Both the position numbers and the translations under genes were made by a program. This document shows, piece after piece, positions 61,901 through 64,000 of a stretch of 64,000 bases of DNA. Origin of the DNA: Mizuhopecten yessoensis. Taxonomy: Eukaryota. Positions within the stretch are counted from its first letter, which is position 1. Every line of letters begins with the position of its first letter. The notes under the pieces are model-generated. The model was not told where the DNA came from and did no database searches. It saw only the letters and a list, made by a program, of their open reading frames with translations. The DNA is taken from NCBI RefSeq assembly GCF_002113885.1, contig NW_018404492.1:3097109-3161108 (forward strand), in the 5' to 3' direction.

Positions 61901-62323
61901 TTTCGGTTTTTTTATATCTGTATTATTCCAAATCAAAGTCCCACAATATAACTTTTTCTTTTCAGAATTGATTTTTTAATCACAGTTATAGTGATACCGG
62001 AGTAAAACAATTTCTAACACCAAGTTACATTTTTGGCAGTGTGTCAGGATTCCTTAAGCAGACATTGATTAAACATTTTGGAATATGAATCATGATGATG
62101 TTAGACACCAAGACCATTGGAAGCAATAATTAGAAATAACCAATCATTTTTAAATTAATTGTCAAATTTTCAAAATGATTTTACCTCGATTTTTCATTAC
62201 ACGCACTGCCTTTAACGACATCTTTAAGCTTTTACTATTGGTGGAGGGGATACAACTCACATTTACAATGGTTAAGTTCCTGATTCAGTTAAGCTTGATA
62301 CAGTGCGTTTTAGGCAAAAAACT

Positions 62324-62600
62324 GATACAGGGTAGCTTACACAAGGTAACAGATACAGATTAGAAACAAATACAGGGTAGCTTACACAAGGTAACAGATA
62401 CGGGGTAGCTTATACAAGGTAACAGATACGGGGTAGCCTACACAAAGTAATTAATACCGGGGAGCTTACATAAAGAAGCTGATACATGGGTCTTACACAC
62501 TGTAACTGATTTAGCGTCGCTGATAAATAATAATTCAAACAGCATAGCAGATACTAAGTAACTGAAATAGGATAGCTGACAGAATATAACTGATACAGAA
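62324..62600. repeat. Degenerate 28-bp minisatellite
   Basis: Unit atacagggtagcttacacaaggtaacag, decaying rightwards. Confidence 0.75.
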
Positions 62601-63319
62601 CAGAAATATGGTAATATTTAAGTTCAAGTTTGTGGAGTTTATTTTATTTTAAGTCCCATCTTTTTTGGTTCTTTGTACACCTTATTATAAAAATCAACAC
62701 AAAGATGTATACATATGTTCGATTTCTGGCATTTAGAATAAATGCTCATTTTCGACAATTTAAGTGTTTGTTATTTTATCGACAAAAACATAGCAGAGTA
62801 TAACCTGTTTGTGCTGTTGGGTTTAATGCAGACTAAACACGATAATATAATTGTATTTATGCAATGCATAAAGTAATTTATATTATCTGGTTAGTATATG
62901 ATATTTTTATTTGTTATATTTTGTTGGTTCCGGATGGAGGATAACTTTCCGTTTTTGAAACTAGTCCATCCCTATAGAAGTAGTCACGTGATGTTTTGGT
63001 GTACTAAAGTCACGTGACCTGTGCAGAATATTTTTCCATGCTGACATTTTGAAAAATCTCCTTAAAAATCAGCTACCCTCCTCCTCCCCTATTTTGTATC
63101 CACCTTTATGTACTATTGTGTAAAAATGTAATTGTTGCACATCTTTGGTTTAAATTTTGTTTCATTTGTTGTACATCTTTTAATTACAAATGGTGCGTTT
63201 ATTTTGAAGCAAGCCCCATCTTTTTTGGTTCTTTGTACACCTTATTATAAAAATCAACACAAAGATGTATACATTGCAAAGTATCAGATACAGGTTAGCT
63301 CATACAAAGTATTTGATAG

Positions 63320-63445
63320 CGAAGGGGTCCTATGTAGAGGTAGTTTTAGTACCTTGGAAAATCCACGTGGTCGGTCAGATACTTTTTCACTTCCGATCTT
63401 GAAGTCGCACTCCAGCCATCCAGGTGAAAGGCTTGTGCGCTACTT
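63320..63445 (-). mobile_element. Degenerate SINE (V-domain-like) fragment
   Basis: Minus strand gcctttcacctgg...cgaccacgtggattttccaaggtact resembles a tRNA head plus V-type core (recalled). Confidence 0.4.
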
Positions 63446-64000
63446 ATATAAGGTTATTAATAGAGGGTAGCGTAATTCAAAATAATTACAATTCGATTTA
63501 CATATCTTGAATAACTAGAAATGAAATCACGAATGTTACACTAAGATAGCATGAGGCATACAGACTGCAACGCGCTAGCATGAAACAAGTGAATGTAAAT
63601 ATTCTATAAGTATGGCTGTAATGTAAGGCATTACAATGATTTACAGGTCCGTAATTCATGGAGACATCGAAACTGATGCCAACAATTAGTTCATCCTATG
63701 TCTATTATAGTCTTCCCACTCATTCCGCACGTCACATTATATTTATGTATTTTTTTCAAAACGAAGAATGACATAATGCATTATTATTTGTAACACTTAT
63801 TTCTATTATTTTAATGTAGTCTGTACGAGACCTTTATACTCCTCACTTGAATAATGATAATAATTCGAGTTTTTCTTATATACAACTGTACCGCTTGATC
63901 ACAACCTAGTCCGTAGGTCGTCTAAAAGCGTTTTACAAATTATTATCCGTGGTTATAGGGCTTTTGCAACCAGCCACTTTCTTTCTCAACTCCTTGTGGA

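Larger units (their letters stand above)
54864..64000 (-). repeat. Right arm of the inverted segmental duplication (runs to the window end)
   Basis: Reverse complement of 17150-24940 with arm-specific segments ~57200-58087 and ~62147-63408, and lacking left-arm ~20345-20820. Confidence 0.95.

Noticed and set aside
17150-64000. Giant transposon or virus with multi-kb terminal inverted repeats
   Set aside because: The arms consist of host upstream DNA plus part of the cGLR and are diverged with large indels; no polymerase, capsid or intact transposase/integrase lies between them. Outer ends are not fully visible, so this is not absolutely excluded.

Overview
AT-rich, intron-containing animal genomic DNA. 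The repeat families and gene style suggest a bivalve mollusc (inference); nothing looks prokaryotic. Three host genes are supported. (1) The 3' six exons (247-5262, +) of a KY/hillarin/LTD-1-like protein with a degenerate transglutaminase-like site and a C-terminus resembling the dynein microtubule-binding domain. A partial tandem duplicate follows (12581-16041) whose last four exons are still intact and end in a different Cys/basic tail. (2) A single-exon 864-aa Mab-21/cGAS-like receptor (cGLR) with an intact nucleotidyltransferase triad and a long helical/TPR-like C-terminus (24607-27201, +). (3) A complete 7-exon 15-hydroxyprostaglandin-dehydrogenase-like SDR (38816-28577, -) that the ORF track misses entirely; its exon 1 is duplicated. 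The cGLR upstream region and 5' end are repeated as a large inverted duplication (~17150-24940 vs 54864-64000) carrying a deleted, truncated cGLR copy. Between the arms lie a 52-bp hairpin satellite, a 2.73-kb tandem duplication, and a decayed ISL2EU-type transposon (THAP-DDE + YqaJ) with a LINE and a Gypsy remnant nested in its intron. Further LINE, Penelope, SINE, MITE and minisatellite remnants are scattered throughout. All family calls come from motif recognition by eye; no database searches were run.
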